Below, one piece after another: positions 26,758-38,358 of a stretch of DNA of 64,000 nucleotides. Position 1 is the first letter of the stretch, and each line of letters opens with the position of its first letter. The DNA lies in NCBI GenBank assembly GCA_902614235.1, contig CACMKG010000002.1, forward strand, positions 148,038 through 212,037, given 5' to 3'. The position numbers and the translations under genes were made by a program. The DNA is from an uncultured SAR86 cluster bacterium. Lineage in GTDB: Bacteria > Pseudomonadota > Gammaproteobacteria > Magnimaribacterales > AG-339-G14. Below the pieces are notes generated by a model. It ran no database searches, was not told the DNA's origin, and saw only the letters and a program-made list of their open reading frames with translations.

Positions 26758-27111
26758 TTAAATTTTTTCTTTGATCCTTGCCGATCTTCCTGACCTTTCT
26801 CTAAGATAAAAAAGCTTAGATTGCCTTACTTTACCTTTTCTTTTTCTTTTAATAGATTTTATTAAAGGACTATGAGTTTGAAAGGTTCTTTCAACACCGA
26901 CACCATTAGAAATCTTTCTTACAGTAAAAGCAGAGTTCAAACCTCTATTTTTGATAGCGATAACTACGCCTTCGTAAGGCTGAAACCTTTCTTTTGAACC
27001 TTCTCTAACAAGATAATCTACAAGAACTGTGTCTCCCTGAGAAAACTCAGCTATATCTTTCTTTAATTGAGAAGCCTCAACAATCTGAACGAATTTTCTT
27101 GAACTTGTCAT
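26758..27111 (-). CDS. rplS: 50S ribosomal protein L19
   Basis: 117 aa with [35 protein letters not shown]. It is the last gene of the rpsP-rimM-trmD-rplS unit. Confidence 0.96.
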   Translation of the reverse strand: MTSSRKFVQIVEASQLKKDIAEFSQGDTVLVDYLVREGSKERFQPYEGVVIAIKNRGLNSAFTVRKISNGVGVERTFQTHSPLIKSIKRKRKGKVRQSKLFYLRERSGRSARIKEKI

Positions 27112-27887
27112 TTTTTATTTATATTCTTTATTAAGTCGGCAATTCTATCAGATTCGTACCCAAGGTCACTAAGAAATTCTTTTAAGAGCTTAAAATCATC
27201 AGAACTTAATTCTTTCGGAAAAATATCTCTTCTTAAAAGAAAAGTCTTTCCAAGAGACTGTTTTTTTCTCCAAGTTTTAATTTTTTTATGATCTCCAGAT
27301 AATAAAATCTCGGGAACATTGCCTAAATTATTTTTTTCTGGTCTTGTGTATTGGGGATATTCAATTAATTGATGGGAAAATGATTCCTCTTCAAGCGAGT
27401 TTATATCTCCTAGTACTCCTTCAATATTTCTTACAATTGAATCAAAAACTATTAAAGCAGGCAATTCTCCACCTGTTACCACATAATCGCCGATACTAAT
27501 TTCCTCATCTATCTTTGAATCGATTATTCTCTGATCTATTCCTTCATATCTTCCGCAAACAAAAATCAATTCTTTATCCAGTGCCAATTTTTTTGCTTTT
27601 TCTTGTGTTAGCTTTTTTCCTTGAGGTGATAAATTAATAACTTTTGCGTTACTGGAGGTTAGTTTTTTTGATTCATTGATGGCCTCTTCTAAAGGCTCAG
27701 TCCTGAAAAGCATTCCAGGACCGCCTCCATATGGAGCGTCATCTAAACGTTCATTATTTTTTAGGAATTTGATAGGATTTACTACTTCAAAATTTATAAT
27801 AGATTCATCCAAAGCTTTATTGATTACACCTACTGAAAAGAAAGATTCAATTAATTCGGGAAATATTGTAACGAAAACCGCTTTCAT
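27108..27887 (-). CDS. trmD: tRNA (guanine37-N1)-methyltransferase
   Basis: SPOUT knot motifs ([27 protein letters not shown]); 259 aa. Confidence 0.95.
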   Translation of the reverse strand: MKAVFVTIFPELIESFFSVGVINKALDESIINFEVVNPIKFLKNNERLDDAPYGGGPGMLFRTEPLEEAINESKKLTSSNAKVINLSPQGKKLTQEKAKKLALDKELIFVCGRYEGIDQRIIDSKIDEEISIGDYVVTGGELPALIVFDSIVRNIEGVLGDINSLEEESFSHQLIEYPQYTRPEKNNLGNVPEILLSGDHKKIKTWRKKQSLGKTFLLRRDIFPKELSSDDFKLLKEFLSDLGYESDRIADLIKNINKK

Positions 27888-28391
27888 TTAAGTATGCCAA
27901 TCTACGATGATTAAATCACCACTCACCTTTTTTATCACTTCTCCAAAATTAAATGGAATAAGTTCTTTTTTATTTTCTTTCTCAACAACCAAAACATCAT
28001 CAGACCCAGTTTCTATTATTTCTGTGACAACTCCAACGAAAGTTCCATTTTCTAGTTCTACTTCTTTGCCGATTAAGTCTTTCCAATAAAATTCATTTTC
28101 CTTAAGTTTGGGAAGATCTTTTGAATTAATAAATATTTCTTTATTTTTATACCTTTCTATTTCTTCAAGGGAATTAAAAGATTCAATTTTAAAAATATAG
28201 TTTTTACCTGATTTAGAGAATTTCTTTATTTTAAAAACTTTTTTTGTTCCGCCTTCATCAATGAAGAAATTTTTATAATTAAATAAATTTTCAGGAGGTC
28301 TTGTAAAAGAATTTACTTTTGCCCAACCTTTAAGTCCTATTGGTTTACCCACAGAAGCGACCAAAATGAATTCGTCATCTTGGTTATTCAT
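27888..28391 (-). CDS. rimM: 16S rRNA processing protein RimM
   Basis: GKPIGLKGWAKV N-terminal barrel and PRC-barrel C-domain. The position between rpsP and trmD is conserved. Confidence 0.9.
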   Translation of the reverse strand: MNNQDDEFILVASVGKPIGLKGWAKVNSFTRPPENLFNYKNFFIDEGGTKKVFKIKKFSKSGKNYIFKIESFNSLEEIERYKNKEIFINSKDLPKLKENEFYWKDLIGKEVELENGTFVGVVTEIIETGSDDVLVVEKENKKELIPFNFGEVIKKVSGDLIIVDWHT

Positions 28392-28402
28392 ATTAAATAA
28401 TT

Positions 28403-28879
28403 TTATTTATCTTCTTTTTTTTCTGAATCTTCAGTAGCTTCTTCGGCTGGAGCTTCTGCTGCTTCTTCGGCTGGAGCTTCTTCTGCTTCTTCGGCTGGAG
28501 CTTCTTCGGCTGGAGCTTCTGCTGCTTCTTCGACTGGAGCTTCTTCGACTGGAGCTTCCTTATTTTCCTTTTTCTTAGCTAATTTTTTTAATCTAAGTTG
28601 TTCTTTCTTTTCTTCTACCTTTAATATTTCTTCTGGAGATAATTTTGATTCTTTTATAAGAGATTCAACCCTTTCACTTAATGTAGCTCCTGTGCCGACC
28701 CAATAATCCACCCTTTCATGATCTATACTTAACCTAATGTCCTTTCCTTGAGCAATTGGGTTAAAAAACCCTACCCTTTCAATGAATCTTCCATCCCTAG
28801 GTTTTCTAGAGTCAGTCACAGTAATATGATAATAAGGGCGCTTTTTCGCACCTGCTCTAGAAAGTCTAATTGTTACCAT
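28403..28879 (-). CDS. rpsP: 30S ribosomal protein S16 with an ~80-aa Lys/Glu/Ala/Pro-rich C-terminal extension
   Basis: Canonical S16 covers aa 1-78 ([25 protein letters not shown]...). The extension is [18 protein letters not shown] followed by (A/E)APxEE repeats; 158 aa in total. Confidence 0.93.
   Translation of the reverse strand: MVTIRLSRAGAKKRPYYHITVTDSRKPRDGRFIERVGFFNPIAQGKDIRLSIDHERVDYWVGTGATLSERVESLIKESKLSPEEILKVEEKKEQLRLKKLAKKKENKEAPVEEAPVEEAAEAPAEEAPAEEAEEAPAEEAAEAPAEEATEDSEKKEDK
28437..28557 (-). repeat. In-frame tandem ~15-nt repeats (CTTCTTCGGCTGGAG on the plus strand) encoding APAEE/APVEE units in the S16 tail
   Basis: About 7-8 repeat copies (5 GGCTGGAG-type and 2 GACTGGAG-type units counted by eye), with 3-9 nt variations, are visible directly between 28437 and 28557. 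Confidence 0.85.
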
Positions 28880-28994
28880 AATTTATTATTTTTATTTTAA
28901 GAATGGCTATTCTAAGTAAATTCATTTGGTATTCAAGTAAAACATCATATAATTAAGAAACAATGTTAATTTTCTTAAACTTCTTCACTGAAAT

Positions 28995-30278
28995 TTGAAC
29001 GAACTTCCTATTTGGATGCTTGTTGTTAGCATCTTTATTTTACTTTGTCTCTCTGCTTTTTTTTCTAGCTCTGAAACTGGAATGATGGCGCTTAACCGAT
29101 TTAGGTTGAAACATTTAATCAAGCAAAAAGATAAATCAGCTATCAGAGCAAATAAATTACTGCAGAGACCCGATAGATTGCTCGGAATTATCTTAATAGG
29201 AAATAACTTTGTAAATATATTAGCTGCTTCTTTAACTACAATTTTATGTTTGAGATTGTTTGGAGATAGTGGAGTTTTTATAGGTTCAGTAATTTTAACA
29301 ATGATAGTCTTAATATTTGCAGAAGTAACTCCTAAAACTTTTGCTGCAAATTATGCAGAAAAAGTCGCTCTTCCTGCATCAATAATTCTTAAATTCCTTC
29401 AGAAAGTCCTATATCCCTTAGTATGGATTGTAAACTTTTTTTCTAACTCTATTCTGAAACTTTTTGGAGTCGAAGAAAAACAATCTGACGATGACATATC
29501 TCCAGAAGAATTAAAAAGTATTTTAGAAAATTCTGGAGATCTAATTCCGTCTAGGTATCAAGAAATGCTTTTGAGTGTATTAGAACTGGACAAAATTTCC
29601 ATTGATGAAGTAATGATTCCTAAAAATGATGTCATCGGAATTGATCTCTCAAAGGATATTAATGAAATAAAAAGTTTTTTAGAAAGCTCGAAAAAAGAGT
29701 TCTTTCCAATCTTTGATCAAAACCTTGATGATATAAAGGGAATAATAGATTTATACGGAATTAACTCTTTTTTATCTTCAAACAAGTATGACAGGGACTC
29801 ATTATTAAATAATGCTGAAGAAGTTTATTTTGCTTTAGAAAATACTTCTCTTAATATCCAACTCAATAATTTTCAAAAAGATAAAAAAAAGGTGGCCATA
29901 GTTTTAGATGAATATGGTTCTGTTAAGGGTATGGTGGATATAAAAGATATTCTCGAAGAAATCGTTGGAGAACTTGCAGATCCGCATGACGAAGTAAAAG
30001 TAGATATAAAAGAGCAAAAAGACGGTTCTTACTTAATCGATGCAAGTATTTCCGTAAGAGAAATTAATAAAAGACTTGGATGGAATTTACCTCTCTCGGG
30101 CCCTAAAACTTTAAATGGCTTAATTTTAGAAAATACTGAAACTATTCCTGAAGCCAATATTTCTCTAGAGATTGAGAATTATTTAATAGAAACAGTTCTT
30201 ATTAAAGATAATATGATTAAATTTACCAAGGTCACGGAACTTTTACCCCCTGACCTTGATGAAGAAGATTTAGACTAA
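28995..30278 (+). CDS. CNNM/HlyC/CorC-family transporter (DUF21 membrane domain + CBS pair + CorC_HlyC), CorB/YfjD-like
   Basis: SSSETGMMALNRFRLKHL, GNNFVNILA, and CBS and C-terminal transporter-associated domains. The start is either TTG 28995 or ATG 29016. Confidence 0.85.
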   Translation: MNELPIWMLVVSIFILLCLSAFFSSSETGMMALNRFRLKHLIKQKDKSAIRANKLLQRPDRLLGIILIGNNFVNILAASLTTILCLRLFGDSGVFIGSVILTMIVLIFAEVTPKTFAANYAEKVALPASIILKFLQKVLYPLVWIVNFFSNSILKLFGVEEKQSDDDISPEELKSILENSGDLIPSRYQEMLLSVLELDKISIDEVMIPKNDVIGIDLSKDINEIKSFLESSKKEFFPIFDQNLDDIKGIIDLYGINSFLSSNKYDRDSLLNNAEEVYFALENTSLNIQLNNFQKDKKKVAIVLDEYGSVKGMVDIKDILEEIVGELADPHDEVKVDIKEQKDGSYLIDASISVREINKRLGWNLPLSGPKTLNGLILENTETIPEANISLEIENYLIETVLIKDNMIKFTKVTELLPPDLDEEDLD

Positions 30279-30917
30279 ATAGTAAACTAAACCTGAAAAT
30301 ATAACTGTAAGGGCAATGCTAGAAGTAATAACTGCTCTAACAGATGCTATTACAGGATACATTTTCCCAAATATAGCATTAGCTTCAATTAATAAGATTG
30401 ATGCTAAAACTATCAAAAATCCCAACCCACTATATCCTTGCATAAAAGTTGGATAATGTTCAGTTCCAATAGGCATATGCGCAGAGAAAACCATAAAATA
30501 TAGCATTGGAATAGAAAATAAAGTGTTTGTTCTTGATGCTAGACCAGCCTTTGCGCCAGCTACTGCGGCATCGCCTTCTTTTAAACCAATTACTATTTTT
30601 TGATTTCTCCAAATTATTCCCCACACATTAAGCATCATTATGGTGCCCATCAAAGCACCTAATATAATCATTAATGAAGCTCCAGTTTGGAGAACATACA
30701 ACATATAAAGTCCTGTTAAAAAAGTAAAAAAAGCTGCCCATCTAAACCACCACAATGCATTAGGTGCAAGCTTTTTTAAAACATCTGATTTAGCATCTGG
30801 TTCAGCTTCTTTTAGATATTCTGTCTGAACAAAATTAAAATAATAAAGCAAGCCTATCCAAACAATACCTACTAAAGTATGTGCAAACCTAAATAAAACG
30901 TACGTAAAATATTCCAT
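30270..30917 (-). CDS. Integral membrane protein of unknown function (about 6 TM)
   Basis: Hydrophobic profile throughout. N-terminal FAHTLVGIVWIGLLYYFNF is reminiscent of the membrane domain of PuuD-type proteins (weak, from memory). Confidence 0.5.
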   Translation of the reverse strand: MEYFTYVLFRFAHTLVGIVWIGLLYYFNFVQTEYLKEAEPDAKSDVLKKLAPNALWWFRWAAFFTFLTGLYMLYVLQTGASLMIILGALMGTIMMLNVWGIIWRNQKIVIGLKEGDAAVAGAKAGLASRTNTLFSIPMLYFMVFSAHMPIGTEHYPTFMQGYSGLGFLIVLASILLIEANAIFGKMYPVIASVRAVITSSIALTVIFSGLVYYLV

Positions 30918-30966
30918 TCAAACTCTCCATTTATTTACTTTATTATAAAGCAATTAAATTAAACGT

Positions 30967-30998
30967 AAAAAAAAAGGACCTTAAAAGGCCCTTTTTTT
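30967..30998 (-). terminator. Rho-independent terminator after groEL
   Basis: The minus strand reads AAGGGCC-UUUUAA-GGUCCUU followed by a 7-U run (9 consecutive U counting the stem's last two). Confidence 0.7.
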
Positions 30999-31006
30999 AG
31001 ATGAAA

Positions 31007-32662
<1,656 letters not shown>

Positions 32663-32670
32663 TTATAAAT

Positions 32671-32961
32671 TTAGGATACCGTACCTAAAAGGTCACTATC
32701 ACTTAATATCAACAATTCTTCTCCATCGATTTTTATTGTGTTATTACCTGCATATTGCCCAAAAACTACAACATCACCGACCTTTACTGAAACTTCAACT
32801 TTTTCTCCATTATCAAGTGTTTTGCCAGGTCCAACTGCCAAAACTTCTCCTTGAGAAGGTTTTTCGGCGGCTGAACCAGGTAGTACTATTCCGCCAGCAG
32901 AAGTTTCTTCTTCATCGCCTCTTCTTACTAGAAGCTTATCTCCGAGTGGATTAAATTTCAT
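32671..32961 (-). CDS. groES: Co-chaperonin GroES
   Basis: 96 aa with [14 protein letters not shown]...[13 protein letters not shown] (mobile loop). Confidence 0.97.
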   Translation of the reverse strand: MKFNPLGDKLLVRRGDEEETSAGGIVLPGSAAEKPSQGEVLAVGPGKTLDNGEKVEVSVKVGDVVVFGQYAGNNTIKIDGEELLILSDSDLLGTVS

Positions 32962-33065
32962 TTAACTTTCTCCATAAATTCTAATCTATTGTTTGAGTTC
33001 GGCATTCTAGATAAGACTTAAGAAATACACAACTCCAAATATATTTATGTTCTTCTTTTATTTTT

Positions 33066-33416
33066 TCAAGCCCTAGAAAAGAAAAATATTTTTTTCCAAA
33101 AAATAACTAAAATTCCCAGCAAATTAAAGAATAAATCTATGAAGTCTCCTTCCCTATATGGAAGAAACCATTGGATGATTTCGGATAAAACTGCGTAAAA
33201 AATAATAAAAAATAATGAAGTTTTAAAATAATCATTTGATTTATTTAATAAAAAAGACAAAGTTAAAAATAGAAAAAAATGCATTGCTTTGTCTGGCAAA
33301 TTTATTAACGATCCTCCGCTAGGCTGAGAAAAAAGAGCGTAAGAAGAAATTAATAAGACAATTATAAAAATAGAAGTCCAAAAATATGAAAATTCTATCC
33401 TTTTAATCAAACCCAA
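33066..33416 (-). CDS. VanZ-like family membrane protein
   Basis: DKAMHFFLF...SEIIQWFLPYREGDFIDLFFNLLG pattern (DKxxH...E..Q...R...D...N); 116 aa, 4 TM. Confidence 0.65.
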   Translation of the reverse strand: MGLIKRIEFSYFWTSIFIIVLLISSYALFSQPSGGSLINLPDKAMHFFLFLTLSFLLNKSNDYFKTSLFFIIFYAVLSEIIQWFLPYREGDFIDLFFNLLGILVIFWKKIFFFSRA

Positions 33417-34683
33417 ATATTTCCTTTTTTCTATAAACCATCAAAGAAAAGATTATGGCTGGAATTCCCAATAAAGCACAAATGATAAAAAAATAATGAA
33501 ATCCAAAATCTTCAACTATAAATCCAGAGCCGCCGGAAATAAGCCTTGGGGGAATAGCAACCAATCCAAAGAGCAAAGCGTACTGTGTTGCGGTATACGT
33601 TTTCGATACCATTCTAGATAAAAAGGTGATGCCAACTACTCCAATAAAACCTTGAGAAAAATTATCTATAGTTATAGTTATCACCAATGCCCAAATATCA
33701 TATCCAACTAAATTTAAATAGATAAAAGGTAAATTTGCTAAGGGAACAAAAATAGCTCCGAAGACCATATTTTTTACTAATCCAAATTTAAAGAGAGTCA
33801 AACCGGCAAAAAGTCCGCCAATAATAGCCATCCACAAACCATAAAAATTTGTAATTTCTGCTACTTCAATTTTTGAAAATCCTACTGATTGATAAAAAGG
33901 CATTGCCATTGGCCCCAAAAACATATCGCTCAGGCGATAAGTGAAAGTAAGTAACAAAAGTAAAAACAAGTGTTTTTTGTATCTTAAAAAAAGATCTGTA
34001 AGAGGAGAAATAAAAGAATCTTTAAACCAAATCATAGGTGTATTTAAAATAGAAATGTATGGTTTTTCTTCTCTCTCAGGTTCTGGTAAAAAAAATAAAA
34101 TTGATAAAGAAAAAACTAGAAATAAAACTCCAACAAATATGTATGCCAAATTCCAGCCATAAAATTCTGCGATATAAAAGGTAATAACTTGTGAAAGAAG
34201 AACGGCTCCGATTCGATAACCAATTATATAGACTGCAGAAGCCTCTCCAATCTCTTTTTTATTTACCAGCTCAATCCTTAAGGCATCTACGCAAATATCT
34301 TGTGTTGCAGAAAAAATACTAAGAAAAATAACTGCTAAGACAAATACCTGTAAATTTTCAGAGGGGTTTTGAAATCCAATTACAATTATTGTAAAAAAGC
34401 TCAAAACCTGGGATAAAAAAAGCCAGCTTCGTCTTTGGCCAATTCTATAAAAATAAGGAATTCTCAGCCTATCTACTAATGGGGCCCAAAACATTTTTAA
34501 GGAATATGCCAATAAAACCAGTGACAAAAGTCCGATTGTTGACTTTTTAATTCCTATTTCAGCAAGCCAATAGTTCAAAGGATCAATTAAAAGACCTAGA
34601 GGCAAGCCAGACAGGAAACCTAAAAAAAGAACTAAAATTACTCTAGGGTGTAGATAATTCCTTAAGGAATTAGTCCAGCTCAT
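33403..34683 (-). CDS. ampG: MFS muropeptide permease AmpG
   Basis: LGFLSGLPLGLL, and WAPLVDR after TM2; 426 aa. It clusters with ampD. Confidence 0.83.
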   Translation of the reverse strand: MSWTNSLRNYLHPRVILVLFLGFLSGLPLGLLIDPLNYWLAEIGIKKSTIGLLSLVLLAYSLKMFWAPLVDRLRIPYFYRIGQRRSWLFLSQVLSFFTIIVIGFQNPSENLQVFVLAVIFLSIFSATQDICVDALRIELVNKKEIGEASAVYIIGYRIGAVLLSQVITFYIAEFYGWNLAYIFVGVLFLVFSLSILFFLPEPEREEKPYISILNTPMIWFKDSFISPLTDLFLRYKKHLFLLLLLTFTYRLSDMFLGPMAMPFYQSVGFSKIEVAEITNFYGLWMAIIGGLFAGLTLFKFGLVKNMVFGAIFVPLANLPFIYLNLVGYDIWALVITITIDNFSQGFIGVVGITFLSRMVSKTYTATQYALLFGLVAIPPRLISGGSGFIVEDFGFHYFFIICALLGIPAIIFSLMVYRKKEIFGFD

Positions 34684-34685
34684 GT

Positions 34686-35168
34686 TTAATCTCTAAAGTT
34701 TCCAAATTGGAGAGGTATTTCTATCTCTTTACTTTTAAGCAGAGTAATAATTTCTTGTAATTCGTCTCTTTTTTTGCCATTGACTCTTAAAGAATCTCCT
34801 TGAATTGAGCTTTGAACTTTTATTTTAGAAGACTTAATAATTTTGACGATTTCTCTCGCTATGTCTTGATTTATGCCTTGATTAATTTCAGCATCCAAGG
34901 ATGCAATGCTATTAGATATTTTTTTTTCTCCTAGTTTCAAGGCTTTTAAGTCGATGCCTCTTTTGGCTAAATTTTCTTTTAATATTGGAATCATTTGATC
35001 AATTTGAAAAGCTTCATTTGCATTTAACTTAACAACTTCGTTGGCAAACTCAAAGCTTGCATTAGCCTCCTTAAAGTCATATCTATTTGCAATGACTCTA
35101 TTAGATTGATCTATGGCATTGGTAAGTTCATGTAAATCAACTTTGGATTCAATATCAAATGACGGCAT
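34686..35168 (-). CDS. yajQ: YajQ family nucleotide (c-di-GMP)-binding protein
   Basis: MPSFDIESKVDLHELTNAIDQSNR... and a UPF0234 layout; 160 aa. Confidence 0.9.
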   Translation of the reverse strand: MPSFDIESKVDLHELTNAIDQSNRVIANRYDFKEANASFEFANEVVKLNANEAFQIDQMIPILKENLAKRGIDLKALKLGEKKISNSIASLDAEINQGINQDIAREIVKIIKSSKIKVQSSIQGDSLRVNGKKRDELQEIITLLKSKEIEIPLQFGNFRD

Positions 35169-35170
35169 AA

Positions 35171-35704
35171 CTAAATCTTAGATTTATAATTTTTCCAATC
35201 AAAAAAATCTCCAGGGTCTGACTTTCTTCCTGGAGCAATGAATGAATGGCCCACAATTCTATTTTTACTAATTTTAGGATAGTTTTGCATTAAAGTACGT
35301 GTCAATTCAATCAATTTTGAATATTGAACATCTTCGAACATACTATTATCGGTTCCTTCTAACTCTATTCCAATTGAAAAATCATTACAGTTATTTTTAC
35401 CTTGAAAAGATGACTCACCAGCATGCCAAGCGCGGTTATTTGTTGATACAAATTGTTTCAGAATCCCTGTTCTTTCAATTAAAAAATGTGAAGAAACTTT
35501 CAAATCAGATATTTCTTTGAAATAAGGATCTTCTGTTGGATTTAATTCATTTAAAAAAAACCTATCAATATGGTTTGATCCATATTTAGCAGGGGGAAGA
35601 CTTATTGCGTGAATTACAATCAAACTTACATCATCCTTTCTTTCGTCAAAATTAGGAGATTTTAAAATTTCAGCTCCATCTATCCAGCCTTTTTCTTTAG
35701 TCAT
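35171..35704 (-). CDS. ampD: 1,6-anhydro-N-acetylmuramyl-L-alanine amidase AmpD
   Basis: Amidase_2 motifs (IVIHAISLPP, SSHFLI, RAWHAGES, IVGHSFIAPGRKSDPG). Confidence 0.88.
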   Translation of the reverse strand: MTKEKGWIDGAEILKSPNFDERKDDVSLIVIHAISLPPAKYGSNHIDRFFLNELNPTEDPYFKEISDLKVSSHFLIERTGILKQFVSTNNRAWHAGESSFQGKNNCNDFSIGIELEGTDNSMFEDVQYSKLIELTRTLMQNYPKISKNRIVGHSFIAPGRKSDPGDFFDWKNYKSKI

Positions 35705-36935
35705 TAATCATTTTCTCGGCTAATAAATCTCCAGTCGCAGCTCCTAAAGTCCAGCCCAAATGTCCATGTCCAGTGTTGTAAAAAATGCCTTTGGCTTTGC
35801 TCTCAAAAATTAATGGCATCATATCTGGAGTCATCGGCCTTAACCCCGCCCAAGGTGTGTAATTTTCGGTGCTTACTCCTGGAAAATATTCTCTTACCCA
35901 CCCTAGTAAAGGCCTTATTCTATCTTGCTTAATATCTTTATTAGTTCCAGCTAATTCAGCAGTTCCCGCTACTCTCAGTCTATCTCCCAGCCTACTTGAA
36001 ACAATTTTTTTAGGATCATCTAAGAGTGAAACTTTCGGAGCTGATAGTTTTGATTTTTCATCGTCTAACTGAATCGTTACACTATAACCTTTTACTGGAT
36101 AAACCCGCATAGAATCGCCAAGGGTATCAGCAAACCTTTGTGTCTCAATTCCCGCGCAAATTGCAACTTGATCAAATTGCATTCCAGAGGCTCCAGATTC
36201 ATTTGTTGAAGACAAAATAACTTTGTCTTTATCTTTATAAATTGATTCAATTTCTGTATTAAATTTAGACTTAACACCATATTTTTTCTCAAGCACTTCA
36301 TGCATATTTTTACAAAATTTATGAATATCTCCACTCGCATCAGATTTGGTATAAATACCGCCAACAATTTTTTTATCATTTTTTGCAGATTTAAAAGCAG
36401 GTTCTAAATCTTCAACTTCATCTGAATCTAGGACTTCCCATTCCATGCCGTCTTGATGAAGCCATGAAGCCTTACTTGCTGCTGCATTTAATTCTTTCTT
36501 ATTATCGTAAAAATGAAGTATTCCCTCTTTAAGCAAATCAAAATCTATCCCTTCATGATCTGCAATATCAAAATATATCTGTCTTGCTCTTTTAGCCAAT
36601 TCAATGGTCTCTTGAGTTTTGGATTTGTGTTTGCCGTCAAAGGTAGCCATCAAGAATCCTAAAATCCATTTATATTTTTGTAGACTCGGGGAAGGATTAA
36701 ATAAAAGAGGTGCATCTTTTTTAAACATCCATCTAATACCGTTGATTAGATTTTTTGGAGTATTCCAAACTTCTGAGTTACTTGCACTTAATTGACCACC
36801 GTTGGCATAGCTTGTTGCCATAGCAGGATATCTCCTTGAGTCAATCAGTGTGACCTCCATACCCTGTTTGGCAAGAGAATAAGCAGTAGTTGTTCCTGCA
36901 ATTCCAGCTCCAATTACTGCAACTTTTTTTCTCAT
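35697..36935 (-). CDS. dadA: FAD-dependent D-amino acid dehydrogenase
   Basis: VAVIGAGIAGTTTAY dinucleotide fold and a DAO-family C-terminus (GHGHLGWTLGAATG); 412 aa. Confidence 0.78.
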   Translation of the reverse strand: MRKKVAVIGAGIAGTTTAYSLAKQGMEVTLIDSRRYPAMATSYANGGQLSASNSEVWNTPKNLINGIRWMFKKDAPLLFNPSPSLQKYKWILGFLMATFDGKHKSKTQETIELAKRARQIYFDIADHEGIDFDLLKEGILHFYDNKKELNAAASKASWLHQDGMEWEVLDSDEVEDLEPAFKSAKNDKKIVGGIYTKSDASGDIHKFCKNMHEVLEKKYGVKSKFNTEIESIYKDKDKVILSSTNESGASGMQFDQVAICAGIETQRFADTLGDSMRVYPVKGYSVTIQLDDEKSKLSAPKVSLLDDPKKIVSSRLGDRLRVAGTAELAGTNKDIKQDRIRPLLGWVREYFPGVSTENYTPWAGLRPMTPDMMPLIFESKAKGIFYNTGHGHLGWTLGAATGDLLAEKMIND

Positions 36936-37867
36936 CTTAATTCTGCTGGGAGTTTAAAATAAATATTTTCTTCTAACCCATCTAATTCTTCTTCATTAGA
37001 ATAGCCAAAGCTAACGCATTTATGAACTATAGATTGAACCAACTCTTCAGGAGCCGAAGCTCCAGCAGTGATGCCCAGGGCAGAAACATTTTTTAGCATT
37101 TCCTTGGATATTTGATCAGGATCATCTACTAAATAAGACCTAGAGCCTGATTTCTCTGCTAATTCTTTTAATCTATTTGAATTAGAGCTATTTTCCGATC
37201 CAACAACCAGAATAAGTTGAGTTTCTAGTGCTAATTGTTTTACAGCATCTTGTCTGTTTTGTGTTGCATAACAAATATCTTCTGAGTTTGGTTCTTGAAG
37301 AGAAGGAAATCTTTTTTTAAGTTCAGATATTATTTCTTCTGTATCAGAGACCGATAAAGTTGTTTGGGTAACCAAATATAAGTTTTCAGGCTGCTCAATT
37401 GAGACAGTTTTAGCTTGATCCAAATTTTCAACTAAATACATATTTCCTGTCGATTTTTCAGGAAATCTTCCGAGTGTTCCTTCTACCTCAGGATGATTTT
37501 TATGTCCTATCATGACGATATCTTTTCCAGCTAAACCAAACCTGATGACTTCTTTATGAACTTTTGAAACCAACGGACAAGTCGCATCGAAAAATTTTAA
37601 TTTTCTTTGATATGCGTCAAGCTCGACCTTTTCTGAAACGCCATGAGCAGAAAAAACTGTAATGCCATCTTCTGGAATTTCTGATAACTCTTTTACAAAA
37701 ATTGCACCTTTCCTTTTTAAATCTTCAACAACTTTTCTGTTATGAACCACTTCATGTCTGACATAAATTGGCGCTCCAAACTTTTCTAAAGCAATTGAGA
37801 CTATGTCAATAGCTCTATCGACTCCAGCGCAAAAACCTCGCGGATTAGCTAATTTAATTACTTTCAT
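36932..37867 (-). CDS. ispH: 4-hydroxy-3-methylbut-2-enyl diphosphate reductase
   Basis: [12 protein letters not shown], and conserved Cys in ATCPLV and CYATQNRQ. Confidence 0.95.
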   Translation of the reverse strand: MKVIKLANPRGFCAGVDRAIDIVSIALEKFGAPIYVRHEVVHNRKVVEDLKRKGAIFVKELSEIPEDGITVFSAHGVSEKVELDAYQRKLKFFDATCPLVSKVHKEVIRFGLAGKDIVMIGHKNHPEVEGTLGRFPEKSTGNMYLVENLDQAKTVSIEQPENLYLVTQTTLSVSDTEEIISELKKRFPSLQEPNSEDICYATQNRQDAVKQLALETQLILVVGSENSSNSNRLKELAEKSGSRSYLVDDPDQISKEMLKNVSALGITAGASAPEELVQSIVHKCVSFGYSNEEELDGLEENIYFKLPAELR

Positions 37868-38358
37868 TTTTTATAAAAAATTAAAGATTTAAATACATAA
37901 ATCAATATACCTATGGTGACATACGAATCAGCTAAATTAAATATGTACGGATTGAAAGATATATCAATAAAATCAACCACAAAACCATGATTAATTCTAT
38001 CAATAAAGTTTCCTAAGCCGCCTGCTAAAATTAAAGAGAAAGCAAAATATTCAGTAGTTGAAAAATTTTCTTTAAAAAAAGAAGTAAAAATATACAAAAA
38101 TAATACAAAGCAGATAATTAAAACTAAAATTGAGATCCAGGGTGACAAATTAAAACTTTCATTATTTAAAAAGCTAAATGCAACCCCATAATTTTTCACA
38201 AACGTGAAACTTATAATGCTAAAAATTTGTTTAGATTGATTAATTTCATAATTATTTAAAATAAATAATTTTAAGACTTGATCAATTAATATCAGAGCAA
38301 ATATTAAACAAAATAATTTTACTTTTAGACGAGTATTATATAAAAAATCTAGTCTCAC
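37864..38358 (-). CDS. lspA: Lipoprotein signal peptidase II
   Basis: NYGVAFSF and FNLADS catalytic Asp blocks; 164 aa, 4 TM. Confidence 0.9.
   Translation of the reverse strand: MRLDFLYNTRLKVKLFCLIFALILIDQVLKLFILNNYEINQSKQIFSIISFTFVKNYGVAFSFLNNESFNLSPWISILVLIICFVLFLYIFTSFFKENFSTTEYFAFSLILAGGLGNFIDRINHGFVVDFIDISFNPYIFNLADSYVTIGILIYVFKSLIFYKK

Noticed and set aside
28437-28557. The tandem 15-nt repeats could be a CRISPR-like or intergenic microsatellite array.
   Set aside because: The repeats are contiguous with no spacers, in frame, and lie inside the rpsP reading frame. They encode the APxEE tail.
28880-30917. The absence of ffh upstream of rpsP (its conserved neighbour in Pseudomonas and E. 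coli) could indicate gene loss.
   Set aside because: ffh is essential and almost certainly lies elsewhere in the genome. This is only a synteny break and cannot be evaluated from one window.
32962-33065. A sigma-32 promoter is expected upstream of groES.
   Set aside because: The best candidates on the minus strand (TTTGGAG...CTTATCTA, or CTTAAGT...CCGAACTC) have three or more mismatches in each element. I cannot support a call, unlike the clear match upstream of ibpA.
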